DNA of 44,079 nt from Bacteroidota bacterium (GCA_041157865.1 JBEBCJ010000174.1:1-44079), one strand, 5' to 3'. Shown: positions 8,752 through 21,200, numbered from the stretch's first letter. The notes: generated by a model not told the origin, from the letters alone. Translations and numbers: made by a program.

Positions 8752-10922
8752 TTGGACTTCTTTATAGTGTCTGATTGGCGGAAAGGGGCTACCTCCTGAA
8801 CGGGATTCGCGATGTCGATATCAGTTGCTACCTCTGTTGAATCGCGCTCAACAGCGAAAGTTCTTCTCCGCCAGCGAACACTCGGATCATTGTACACCTT
8901 CTGCATCAGTCTGCCCCAAATAGGTGCCGCAGCTCTCCCGCCCTGACCGTAGTCGCCGGTGAAGCGTACGCGCATATCATCGAATCCTACCCAAACACCA
9001 CAGGCCAGTTGCGGTGTTACGCCAACGAACCATGCATCTGCAAAGTCATTTGTTGTGCCTGTCTTACCTGCGGCGTCATATCGATAGAATTTTCGAATGC
9101 TCGATGCCGTGCCGCCGTCAACAACACCCCTCATCATAGAAATCATGTACTCAGCGGTCCGCTGTGAGCATGCCTCATTCGAGATTCGCTCAAAGGGCTT
9201 TGACTCATAGAGAATGTTACCCATGCGATCTTCAATTCGCGTGATGAAGCCTGATGTTGAGTGCACGCCCTGATTGGCAAATGTTGCATAGGCAGACGTG
9301 ATCTCAAGAGGCGAGACTTCCCCTGTACCCAGCGCAATGGATGGTACTGCCGAGAGAGGCGAAGCGATGCCAAGCTTACGGCAGAGTTCGACCACACTTT
9401 GCGGATTGGTATAACCTGTCTCTGTGACTAATCGAGCAGCAACACTGTTAAGCGAAAACTTCAGTGCTGTTCGCAGCGGGATAGGGCCGCCCCCTTCGCG
9501 AGAGCCCTGCGGAGCCCATACGGTTCCGTCGTCGAGAGCGTAACTAAATGGGCCGCTTTCAACGGTGGTCTCTGGCGTGACGCTCTCAGATGACTCGAGC
9601 GCACTGGCATAGACGAATGGTTTGAATGAAGATCCTGGCTGACGTCTGATCTGTGTTGCATGGTTGAGTGAATAGCGCGCTGCCGATTGCAGCTGCATGT
9701 TCAACGGAGAGGATCCCACCATGCCCACCACGTTGCCAGTCGCTGGTTCAATCACAACCACGCCAGACTGAATGATGGTTGCCATGCGCTTGACGCTGTC
9801 GACGAATGTTCGGTTGGCCAACAGCCGCCGTTTGACTGTCTCACGACTGCCTTCCGGAGTTGTAAGGTAGTCTGGGTGACGTCGGATGGCGCGCGCGATG
9901 AGTTCGTCGAGTAACTCCTGCCGCGATTTCCACGAGAAGGAGTTATCAAAAATTCTTTGGTATTCACGCAGGTGTTCATCGAGCGCTTCATTTGCATACT
10001 TCTGCACACGAGAGTCAAGCGTGGTGTAGATCACCAAACCATCGCGGTAGAGGTCGTGCCCGGATAGCCGTTCCTTCCACACATTATCGTTCGTAAGTGT
10101 CTGACGAACCATCTCCACAAAGTGCGGAGCAATGCCTCTGTAGGTTCGACTCGGAGGTGCTTTGCGAAGAGGCTCAGCAACAGCACTTGTCCACTCATCG
10201 TCGGTTAGATACTCGGCATCATGCATCATGCCAAGAATAAGGTTGCGCCGAACCACACCAAGTGAATCATCTGTACCATAGCGCTCCGGCGCCTTGAACA
10301 GCCCTACCAGATATGCACACTCGGACGTGGAAAGCTTCATCGGCTCTTTATTGAAATACGTCAGTGCTGCAACACGCAGTCCGTATGCACCGCGTCCGTA
10401 GTAGACAGTATTGGCATACATTTCGAGAATCTCATTCTTGGTGTATGCTCGTTCGATCTGGAGTGCCGTCCATGCCTCTCGGATCTTGCGCCATATAGTC
10501 TGCTCTTGCGTAAAGTACAGGTTGCGTGCGAGTTGCTGCGTGATCGTCGAAGCGCCCTCCTTTGCCCGCAGTGCGAGGACATTTTTAACAGCGGCCTTCA
10601 CGATGCGCATCATGTGAACACCCCAATGGTCGTAAAAGGCCCTGTCCTCTGTAGAAACCAAGGCACTGATAAAACCGCGCGGAATTGAATCGAACTCAAG
10701 ATTCGTTCTGCGGGTGGTAGCGTATAGTTCGAGCATCACGCCGTCTGCACTGTATACTCGTGTCGCAAGTTCCTGGGGCGGATTTTCCAGCTGCTCAAGA
10801 GTTGGCAGACCGCTGCTAAGAGAGTAGACGACCAGCCCAACAACGACAAGAACGATCCCTACTATGCTGCCAATTGCAACTCTGGCAAAGGTGTTGGGCG
10901 AGATTCGATTAAGCAGATTCAT
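8748..10922 (-). CDS. mrcA: Class A penicillin-binding protein (bifunctional glycosyltransferase/transpeptidase, PBP1A-type)
   Basis: N-terminal TM anchor. GT51 motifs EDRAFYDHWGV, GASTITQQLARNLY and RKIREAWTALQIER. Transpeptidase motifs SSFKPFVYA (SxxK), SLNS and KTGTTND (KTG). Confidence 0.9.
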   Translation of the reverse strand: MNLLNRISPNTFARVAIGSIVGIVLVVVGLVVYSLSSGLPTLEQLENPPQELATRVYSADGVMLELYATTRRTNLEFDSIPRGFISALVSTEDRAFYDHWGVHMMRIVKAAVKNVLALRAKEGASTITQQLARNLYFTQEQTIWRKIREAWTALQIERAYTKNEILEMYANTVYYGRGAYGLRVAALTYFNKEPMKLSTSECAYLVGLFKAPERYGTDDSLGVVRRNLILGMMHDAEYLTDDEWTSAVAEPLRKAPPSRTYRGIAPHFVEMVRQTLTNDNVWKERLSGHDLYRDGLVIYTTLDSRVQKYANEALDEHLREYQRIFDNSFSWKSRQELLDELIARAIRRHPDYLTTPEGSRETVKRRLLANRTFVDSVKRMATIIQSGVVVIEPATGNVVGMVGSSPLNMQLQSAARYSLNHATQIRRQPGSSFKPFVYASALESSESVTPETTVESGPFSYALDDGTVWAPQGSREGGGPIPLRTALKFSLNSVAARLVTETGYTNPQSVVELCRKLGIASPLSAVPSIALGTGEVSPLEITSAYATFANQGVHSTSGFITRIEDRMGNILYESKPFERISNEACSQRTAEYMISMMRGVVDGGTASSIRKFYRYDAAGKTGTTNDFADAWFVGVTPQLACGVWVGFDDMRVRFTGDYGQGGRAAAPIWGRLMQKVYNDPSVRWRRRTFAVERDSTEVATDIDIANPVQEVAPFRQSDTIKKSK

Positions 10923-12622
10923 GAGCTAACTTTCTTCAATTCTACCCGACGGCATCGCTTGCGCCATGTGTCTATCGATTCATCCGTCCGTCGCGGAAGC
11001 AATTGCTGCTCGCCCTCACTGATGCCCTCAAGAATCCCGCGAGAGACTCCGCGCTCGACAAGTTTGTCGATTACAAAATTCACACGCTGCTGTCCAAGTA
11101 TAAGGTTGGATTCGTCGGTGTCTACATCGTCGGTATGGCCTACGAGGAGGATCTTGGATACCTTCTTCGAACTTGATGTAACACTTGCAGCTAGATCATC
11201 AAGTTCGCGCTGCCAAGCCCTATCTGTCTCTATTCCATTCGAGTCCAATGTACTCCCATAGGGGTTTGCATACTCTGAGGTAGGGAAGTTGATACGCAGC
11301 ACAAATGAGCGTGACAGGGCGATTGGCTCTGTTCGTTCCACAACCTGGTTTGCCTGTTTATCTGGCACAACCACGGTATACGAATCATAGAACAGTGTAT
11401 CAGTTTGAGCAGTGATCTGTACAGGTGTGCTTACTGGAACGCTTAACGTGTACGATCCTGTTGTGTCTGTTCGCGTTGATGCATATGTCTGTTGAGTGCC
11501 CGCACTGCGTGCAACTACCTCTGCATCAACCACTGGTTTCTGTGTCTGCGAATTCACCACACGTCCAGTAAGTCTGGCAAGAGGTTTGTTGCCAGACATC
11601 TGTTGGAATGCAACAAACACATCAAAGTCACGACGTGCAGCCTGACGGCCGTCTCTTCTGTTTGAGGCAATGTAGAAGTCTACCCCGTTGGTTGACATGG
11701 TAGGGAAGATCTCATCGAATGCTGAATTGATCGGTGGACCAAGGTTTACAACGTTTGTAGCGATAAGTGAGTCGGCGTCTTCGATGATGTCTGCCGAGAA
11801 GGCATCATAGCCTCCAAACGTAGTGTGACCGCTGGAGCTGAACAAGATCTTACCTCCAGCCTGCTGGGCAAACGATGGTGAGATTTCATCACAGTAGGTG
11901 TTTGCGCCGTGAAGGGGGCGTGCATCAGAGATACCACCATCCGCTGTGCGCCTTGCATACCAGATGTCTGTACTATTGCGCGAACCCTGGCGATTTGAGG
12001 CAAAAACAACCCAGCGTTTGGAAGCCGAAACTGTAGGATGTCCATCCCAAGCCAGCGGGTCATTGATCGCCGGTAACGTTGTATCAATAGTGATTTCGTC
12101 GGACGCGATCGTACACACTGCAATTGCGGCGTCAGGAATGCCATCACGATTGATGATGGTCGATACAAACGTCTGGCTGGCATGCCCTTCCCATGGGACT
12201 GAACTTACCGACGACGGGCCAGTCTTCGTGGCTGTGACATACTGCGCGCCTTTCATGCCCGGGCCGCGAATGATCAAGCAGTGCTCGTCGTTGTCATCGA
12301 TAGAGAGCAGGCCAAACTCATCGAGCGGCGTTGAAGCCCCCTGCACCCGTTCAAAAACGAAGTACAACACATTGGGGGCAGATGGTTTAGTTGTGTCGAG
12401 TCCGCGAATAGATGAAGGATCGGCAACTGGAATAGCTGCGCACGAGGGCGGCGGCGGCGGTGGTGGCGGGGGCTCCGCGTGACGCTTATAGTAGATCGTG
12501 TTACAGGACTGCAGGATCATGATTGGAAACACGACCAAGACGCACAGCTTAAAAAGCTGTGGGATTATGCAGAGCGATCGTAAGGAGCTGTTGATATCGT
12601 GTATCACTGATTTCGACAGCAC
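10919..12622 (-). CDS. OmpA-family lipoprotein with a TolB-like beta-propeller region and a CarboxypepD_reg-like domain
   Basis: GTG start at 12622 followed by a lipobox-type signal (...CVLVVFPIMILQSC), then a run of 9 prolines. Repeated ...P..S.D....F.S.R.G...D.W segments are TolB/WD40-like. GRVVNSQTQKPVVDAEVV...TDTTGSYTL is CarboxypepD_reg-like. The C-terminal OmpA-like domain is LVGHTDDVDTDESNLILGQQRVNFVIDKLVERGV...RRVEL. Confidence 0.8.
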   Translation of the reverse strand: MLSKSVIHDINSSLRSLCIIPQLFKLCVLVVFPIMILQSCNTIYYKRHAEPPPPPPPPPSCAAIPVADPSSIRGLDTTKPSAPNVLYFVFERVQGASTPLDEFGLLSIDDNDEHCLIIRGPGMKGAQYVTATKTGPSSVSSVPWEGHASQTFVSTIINRDGIPDAAIAVCTIASDEITIDTTLPAINDPLAWDGHPTVSASKRWVVFASNRQGSRNSTDIWYARRTADGGISDARPLHGANTYCDEISPSFAQQAGGKILFSSSGHTTFGGYDAFSADIIEDADSLIATNVVNLGPPINSAFDEIFPTMSTNGVDFYIASNRRDGRQAARRDFDVFVAFQQMSGNKPLARLTGRVVNSQTQKPVVDAEVVARSAGTQQTYASTRTDTTGSYTLSVPVSTPVQITAQTDTLFYDSYTVVVPDKQANQVVERTEPIALSRSFVLRINFPTSEYANPYGSTLDSNGIETDRAWQRELDDLAASVTSSSKKVSKILLVGHTDDVDTDESNLILGQQRVNFVIDKLVERGVSRGILEGISEGEQQLLPRRTDESIDTWRKRCRRVELKKVSS

Positions 12623-13118
12623 CTAGTGATGCTGTAAAGTCGTTGATGTATTGTGTATCGAGAAGTGTGAAACCCTTTGCATGAAGGTGCTGAATAAGCC
12701 GAACGAAGGCCACCTTCGAAGCATCAGGTTGTAAAGAGAACATCGACTCGCCAAAGAACGCACCGCCTATTGAGACACCGTACAAACCACCAACGAGTTC
12801 GTTGTTGCGCCATGACTCGATGCTGTGAGCATAGCCCATTTCGTGAAGTTGTGAGTACGTACTGATAATCTCATCTGTGATCCAAGTATCTGAACGCTCA
12901 GAGCACCGGAGAATCACCGTATCAAAACTCGCATTTATTGTTGTCTTGTAGGTCTCTTTCCGTAGTGTTTGACGTAAAGACCGCGAAATTCGTACGGCAT
13001 CCAGCGGGATTACAGCCCGTGGATCGGGTCGGTGCCAGAAAACCTGTCCGGCCGAGGGGTCTCCCATGGGAAAGAACCCCTGCCTGTAGCCCATGATAAC
13101 TACCTCAGGAAGAAGCAC
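12549..13118 (-). CDS. aat: Leucyl/phenylalanyl-tRNA--protein transferase
   Basis: GYRQGFFPMGDP...VFWHRPDPRAVIPLD, WITDEII..Y..LH..GYAHSIE.W and GGLYGVSIGGAFFGESMF match Aat. The GTG start at 13118 directly abuts the trmB stop. Confidence 0.9.
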   Translation of the reverse strand: MLLPEVVIMGYRQGFFPMGDPSAGQVFWHRPDPRAVIPLDAVRISRSLRQTLRKETYKTTINASFDTVILRCSERSDTWITDEIISTYSQLHEMGYAHSIESWRNNELVGGLYGVSIGGAFFGESMFSLQPDASKVAFVRLIQHLHAKGFTLLDTQYINDFTASLGAVEISDTRYQQLLTIALHNPTAF

Positions 13119-13817
13119 TTACCGCTTCTCCGCATAGTAGCGCACGTACGGAATTCCCTTGGAATCGCAGAACATTTGCTGGTCTGTGGTAAACCGGAAC
13201 GGCCATGTGGTATCATCGAGCAGGGGGCCGATAGAGAACAAAGCCGAATCGGACAAGATCTCTCGTTGATAAGCATCGACGTCCTCGCGGTCTGTAGCCA
13301 GGTACAAACGTCCACCCGGAACCAGAACGCGGTGCACCATTTCCAGAAATTCTCCACCAAAGGCACGGCGCTTGTGGTGACGTTTCTTCGGCCATGGGTC
13401 TGGAAAAAGGTAGACCGCGTACTCGATCGACTCGGCCGCTATCCAGTCCAGACCGTTGGCCAGCGTATACCACTCTGCATGCGCATTGGGCAGTTTCTCG
13501 CCGGCCACAACTCCGTTGATGTACTCCGCCAGTGCCTCGCGCACCTCTATGCCCAAGATGTTGATATCTGTATGGGTTAGCGCATGTCGAATCAAAAATG
13601 CTCCGCGACCGCATCCCAGATCCAGCACCTTTGCAGGTTCGGCATTGGCAAACCACGAGCCCCATTCGGGCTGTTGGCGAAGGGGCGGGTATTGGTGGTG
13701 TACAAACCTGTGCTGGTGGGCCGGCAGATAGGCTTGGGAATTGACGTGGTGACGCACCCGTGGGATGGGATACTTCGACCAGTCGATCTCGGGAGTTTCG
13801 GCAGTTCTTCTATCCAT
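13119..13817 (-). CDS. trmB: tRNA (guanine-N7)-methyltransferase
   Basis: SAM motif VLDLGCGRGAFL, then ILGIEVR and YLFPDPWPKKRHHKRR. I placed the start at the ATG at 13817 (232 aa, typical length). The ORF extension to 13997 would overlap secD. Confidence 0.85.
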   Translation of the reverse strand: MDRRTAETPEIDWSKYPIPRVRHHVNSQAYLPAHQHRFVHHQYPPLRQQPEWGSWFANAEPAKVLDLGCGRGAFLIRHALTHTDINILGIEVREALAEYINGVVAGEKLPNAHAEWYTLANGLDWIAAESIEYAVYLFPDPWPKKRHHKRRAFGGEFLEMVHRVLVPGGRLYLATDREDVDAYQREILSDSALFSIGPLLDDTTWPFRFTTDQQMFCDSKGIPYVRYYAEKR

Positions 13818-13914
13818 AGAGTCTACAAAGTTAGCATTACGTATATTCGCCGTTCTTCCGCCACCGATACGTGGGGGTGGAAAGACTTTGCCGATAGAAT
13901 GTCTTGGAGGACTC

Positions 13915-15984
13915 TTGCGTTCGAAATCCTTGAGCAAATGGTTGCTCATTCTAGCTCCGATCGTTGCAGCTGCCATTCTCTTGTGGCCAACGATCAACTA
14001 TTCTATGCTCACCTCTGAGCGTAGTGAACTTGCTGCCGACACAACTTTGGCCGGCCGTATCGCGCTTGCCAAGTGGGACAGCGCCAATGCCGAGGACATG
14101 GCAAGTGCCCGCGCGGGACGCTTAAAGCTGGGGCTTGACCTGCGTGGCGGTACGTACCTCACGCTGGAAGTCGATGTTCTGAAGCTTATCGAGTCGTCTG
14201 CAGACCCACAGGCCATCGATGATGATTTCAAGGCGATCATCGAGAAGACACGTCAGACAACAGACAACACGGACCTCGATGTTCTCACGGTGTTCCTTGA
14301 GAATTTCCGTGCAAAGGGCAAGAGTCTGATCAACTACTTCCCAGCGAACCCGCTAACGGAAGAAGCCGTTCAGAACAAACTCCGTCGCGATGCAGACGAG
14401 GCGGTTGAGCAGGCACAGATCGTTCTGTCCCAGCGTATCAATAAGTTCAATGTTTCAGAAGTAAGCATCACGAAGAAGGGCACACGCCGCCTGGTGATAG
14501 AAATGCCTGACGAGCAGGATACGCTGCAGATGCGTAAGCTTCTCTCGCAGACAGCTCGTCTTGAGTTCAAGCGTGTTATGATGGACGGTTCTATGATCAA
14601 GGCCATGTATGGTATCGATCAGGCTGTCAAGAATCTTCGCCTCGGTGTTGCCGCAGTTCCAGCCGATTCGGTTGCTGACACAACGGCAGTAGACTCCACT
14701 GCCACCACTGCCAAGGCAGACACGGTCAAGGCGGACACCGCAAAGGTTGCTGCAGACACAGGCAAGAAGGGTCCGCAAGACCCGTACAAGGGGCTCAGCG
14801 ATGATGAGAAGGTTCGTCGCATTAAGGCAGACTTCCCATTCACGTACATGGTCTTCGGAAGCGTTGCCGCCAACGAAGAATCACAGCCACAGAGCTTCGA
14901 CCTTGTCGGACTGAAGCTGAACAATGTTAAGCCAGACGACCTGCCGAAGACGGGCATCTTCAGCTTCCGCATCCCTGCCGAAAAGGTTGATGAGTTCACA
15001 TCGATCCTTAATGATCCGCGCATACGTGCATCAATCCCTGGGAACCTCGATATTCTGCTCTCGGCCACTGGTAACGTAACCAAGAAGGGCGTCAAGCCAG
15101 ACTACTATGACGTCTACGGGGTGGCTCGTGAAGCCGACCTCATGGGAGATGTGATTCAGGATGCCTATCCAAGTTTTGACAACACCAACAAGCCTGTTGT
15201 GATGATGTCGATGAACGAAGAGGGCAGTGAAGAGTGGTCAAAGATCACCGGGGCAAACATCGGCAAGCGTATTGCAGTTGTGCTCGACGACCGCGTATGG
15301 TCGGCCCCAACAGTTCAGAATAAGATCTCGAACGGCTCTTCACAGATCTCTGGCGCCTTTGCACCAGAGGATGCAAACCGTCTTGCTGTTGTCCTAAAGG
15401 CCGGCGCACTCAAGGCTCCAGTGAAGATCATCGAAGAACGCGTTGTTGGTCCATCACTCGGTGAAGACTCAATCAATCGCGGTCTAACGAGCTCTGCGAT
15501 ATCCTTCGCACTCATCATCGTGTTTATGCTTGCATACTACGCAGTTGGTGGCGCCATCGCAGACGTAGCACTGGTAATGAACGGCCTGCTCGTTGTTGCA
15601 GGTTTGGCAGCATTCGGAGGAACGCTCACACTTCCGGGTATCGCTGCTCTTATTCTCTCGACTGCAATGGCGGTTGACGCCAACATCCTCATCTTCGAGC
15701 GTATGCGCGAGGAGATGTATGCAGGTAAGACATTGAAGACGGCTGTCGAACAAGGCTTTAACCGCGCATGGAGCGCCATCCTTGACTCTAACCTTACAAA
15801 CATCATCGGCGCTATTCCGCTGATGATCTGGGGCTCGGGTCCGATCAAGGGATTTGCTATTACGTTGCTTGTTGGTGCAGTTATTACACTGTTCACAGCT
15901 GTTGTTGTAACACGAGCGATGTTCCAGATACTTATCATGGGTGGCGCAACAACACTCAACATTGGACAGAAGAGGACGGTGTAA
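13915..15984 (+). CDS. secD: Protein translocase subunit SecD
   Basis: N-terminal TM (M)RSKSLSKWLLILAPIVAAAILLWPT, LGLDLRGGTYLTLEV, the periplasmic head, and the C-terminal RND-like TM bundle (LTLPGIAALILSTAMAVDANILIFERMREE). I infer a TTG start at 13915, preceded by GGAGG at 13906-13910. The upstream ATG at 13765 would add about 50 non-conserved residues and overlap trmB. Confidence 0.88.
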   Translation: MRSKSLSKWLLILAPIVAAAILLWPTINYSMLTSERSELAADTTLAGRIALAKWDSANAEDMASARAGRLKLGLDLRGGTYLTLEVDVLKLIESSADPQAIDDDFKAIIEKTRQTTDNTDLDVLTVFLENFRAKGKSLINYFPANPLTEEAVQNKLRRDADEAVEQAQIVLSQRINKFNVSEVSITKKGTRRLVIEMPDEQDTLQMRKLLSQTARLEFKRVMMDGSMIKAMYGIDQAVKNLRLGVAAVPADSVADTTAVDSTATTAKADTVKADTAKVAADTGKKGPQDPYKGLSDDEKVRRIKADFPFTYMVFGSVAANEESQPQSFDLVGLKLNNVKPDDLPKTGIFSFRIPAEKVDEFTSILNDPRIRASIPGNLDILLSATGNVTKKGVKPDYYDVYGVAREADLMGDVIQDAYPSFDNTNKPVVMMSMNEEGSEEWSKITGANIGKRIAVVLDDRVWSAPTVQNKISNGSSQISGAFAPEDANRLAVVLKAGALKAPVKIIEERVVGPSLGEDSINRGLTSSAISFALIIVFMLAYYAVGGAIADVALVMNGLLVVAGLAAFGGTLTLPGIAALILSTAMAVDANILIFERMREEMYAGKTLKTAVEQGFNRAWSAILDSNLTNIIGAIPLMIWGSGPIKGFAITLLVGAVITLFTAVVVTRAMFQILIMGGATTLNIGQKRTV

Positions 15985-15985
15985 C

Positions 15986-18248
<2,263 letters not shown>

Positions 18249-18294
18249 GACCTGAAACTTCACGGTAGTTTTCCTATGTTAGCCCGGTGCGAAT

Positions 18295-21200
18295 ATGACG
18301 CGGCTATATACCATCATTGCTTTTGTACTTCTTGCGGCCACTGCCTCCGGACAGACTGCGCAGCGTTGGCAAAAGGTGGTCCTTCCGAGTCCCTACAGCA
18401 CAGGCTATTATCTCGATATATTCTTTCTGCCGGGCAATCCGAACTACGGTTGGGCATGCGATCAAAACGGCGGGTATGTGGTGCGTACCACGGATGGTGG
18501 TTCTACATGGCAGGGAACAAAAGTAGACCCAGCACTTGGTGCATGCCATCTTGAATACATTCAGTTTCTTGATCAAAACGTTGGTTACTGCTCTGGTCCG
18601 TGCGGTATGTATAAATCCGTGGACGGCGGCAAGACATGGGCAAGCATCAAGCCGGCTGGCTCGACGAATGTTTGGGGCGGCTGGTTCAAGAATGCCAACG
18701 AGGGTTGGTTTGTAGGGGGCGGCTGTGGAACAAGCACGTTCCTTCGAACGGTAGATGGAGGAACCACATTCACCACATCCACGCACCCAGAGCCCCGTTC
18801 CGTTATGTCCGATCCGTATTGGGATGCGTCGATGCCTCCCAACACTGTATATGCAGTTGGCAGTGGTACATTGTTCCGGTCTCAGGATAATGGGACAACA
18901 TGGAATGTTCTGAACTATACAGGCGTGAACAATCCGTGGCACGAAGAGCTTGCAATGGTTGGTACTGCTGTTCTGATTCCAAACTCCGGAGCGCGGTGCA
19001 GCTCGCCCCCTGGCCCAACAGATGGAATGCGTTTTAGTACGGACTTGGGAGCAACCTGGCGAGACTTCTCGACCGGGGAGGACATGTTCGGTACTTTCCT
19101 GCACGATGCTCAACGTGGTTGGGCCGCAGGGTGGAATGAGTCTGTCTACTATACCTCGAATGCCGGACAAACCTGGCAGAAACGGTCGTGTGGATTGGAT
19201 GGGGCTGGAACCGACGACATCTTCTTTATCGATGATAACAACGGATGGGTTGTTGGTGCAGGTATCTTTCGCACAGCAAAGGCACTGCGTACCCAGAGCG
19301 ATTCCATACTGAAGTATACAGGTGTATGCCCCGACAGTGCTGCCCGCGACACCGTGCGATTCCGCAATAGAAACTGGTTTAGCTCTCCATGGTCTGTTGT
19401 GATCAACGGCACCGATGCATCGCAGTTTCGCATTGTCAATACTCCGATTGCCGCATCGATCTCCTCGTGTGATTCCCTTGGTGTGATCGTCGAGTACAAG
19501 CCCAACGCGCAGGGACCGCATTATGCAACGCTGGTTGCAACATTTCAGAATCCCGATACCATGCTTATCGTTGAGCTGCAGGGAAGCGGACGTCAGCGTG
19601 TTGCATTTCCAGTAGACTCGGTGCTCTCTTTTAGCGCGCCTGTTGGGGTGGCAACCTCACGAACATCTGTCTGGCGTTCATCGTCAAGCATAAACCTCGA
19701 GTCGATAGTCAGCATCACTCGCATTAGCGGAGATACATCGATCACGTTAACAGTTGGGCAGATGCCGGCACTCGTGCGTACTGAAGGTACGCTTACCTAT
19801 GCTACCGCCAATCCGAAAGACACCGGTTGGATACAGGCTAGGTTTCGAGTACGCCTAGGTCCCTGCACGCGTGATACGATCATAACTGTGCGTGTATACG
19901 GACAGTCTCCGATCTTCGCATCGGTTCCTACGGCATACGTAGAAACGGGCTGTGGTATGAGTGATACGATTAGGATCCCTGTACTCAATACGGGTAACGT
20001 TCAACTCAACATCAGCTCGATAACAATAGACGTTAACGCTTCTGCGGCATTTACGTTTATCGGCCTTTCCAGCGGACGAAAGGGGCCACCATGGGTTGTC
20101 CCCGTCAAAGCTCGCGACACCATTTTGGTTGTTTACCGCAGCGGCACAGGCAGAGACAACACATCGTTAACAATTCAGCACGACGATCTAACAACGGCGC
20201 GTGGTTCAAAGAACCCATGGACAATTGCTCTGCGCGGTGTAACAGATCAGCCATCGGTCACGATCGCTCCACGCCTGATAGACCTGGGCTCGATATGTCA
20301 AGGGGCGATCATCGAACGCAATATCAATATCACGAACATTGGTTCGAAGATCGTAGATGCAGCAGCATGGACGAACTCTAAGAACATATCCGGTATCCAG
20401 CAGAGCACCATTTCCATTGCGCCGTCGCAAGTGCGGCAGATACCTGTAACATATAATGCCTCGGTGCTCGGACCCTTTGCCGATACTGTATACGTCCGCA
20501 TAGCCCCCTGCGACTCTGTGTATTCGGTGATCGTTAAAGGGACCGTTGAGAATATCGAAGTGGCGATCACTCCATCACGCATAGCAGACTCTGCTGATGT
20601 AGGCGTGCCTCTTAGTGGACGATGTGTGATACGCCTGCTGACTGGAGACAGCGCAATGATAACGGCTATTCGCATTGCGCCGCTGCCACAGACACTTACC
20701 TACCTGCTGCCTACGCTGCCGAAGCGTCTGCGTAAAGGAGACAGTATCGTCGTTAACCTGAGTTGGAGTTCTCAGGCTCCGACGACGTACTCGGGGACCA
20801 TTGAAGTCACTGCTGCGACAACGTGTACAACACGTCAGAGCTCACAGATATACTTCCGTGCACTGAATGCAGATGTTGGGATTGGACCTGCAGCTCTGAA
20901 CTGGCTGCTCGAATGCAAACCGTATGAGTCTGTAAAAAAAGTTAGCGTTGAAGTGCGCGGAAACCGTCCGGTAAGGGTCTTCTCGGCAACCATTGTTGAG
21001 CAGGGCACTCCATTTCGTGTGATTGGTCCGGCAACACCATTTGTTGTAGACCCCGGAAAGCCTCTTGCCATCGACGTTGCCTACGCTCCATCTGCTTTCG
21101 GCAGATCGACCGCAACAATGCTGGTTGATACTGACGTCGATGGGGGGGATGCCACTGTTAGCCTTGAGGGTGTGCTTGACAATGTAGACCTGGTGGTATT

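Noticed and set aside
13765-13997. Long N-terminal extensions of secD (ATG 13765) and trmB (ATG 13997) that would overlap each other by about 230 nt
   Set aside because: The extensions have no family-like sequence. Choosing TTG at 13915 (secD, with the typical basic N-terminus plus TM) and ATG at 13817 (trmB, typical length) gives a clean 97-bp divergent promoter region.
18304-19521. 405-aa ORF on the minus strand
   Set aside because: It is fully antisense to the N-terminal BNR-propeller region of the 1414-aa gene, whose frame is validated by six Asp-box motifs. The antisense product is Cys/Arg/Pro-rich with no motif. I treat it as a shadow ORF.
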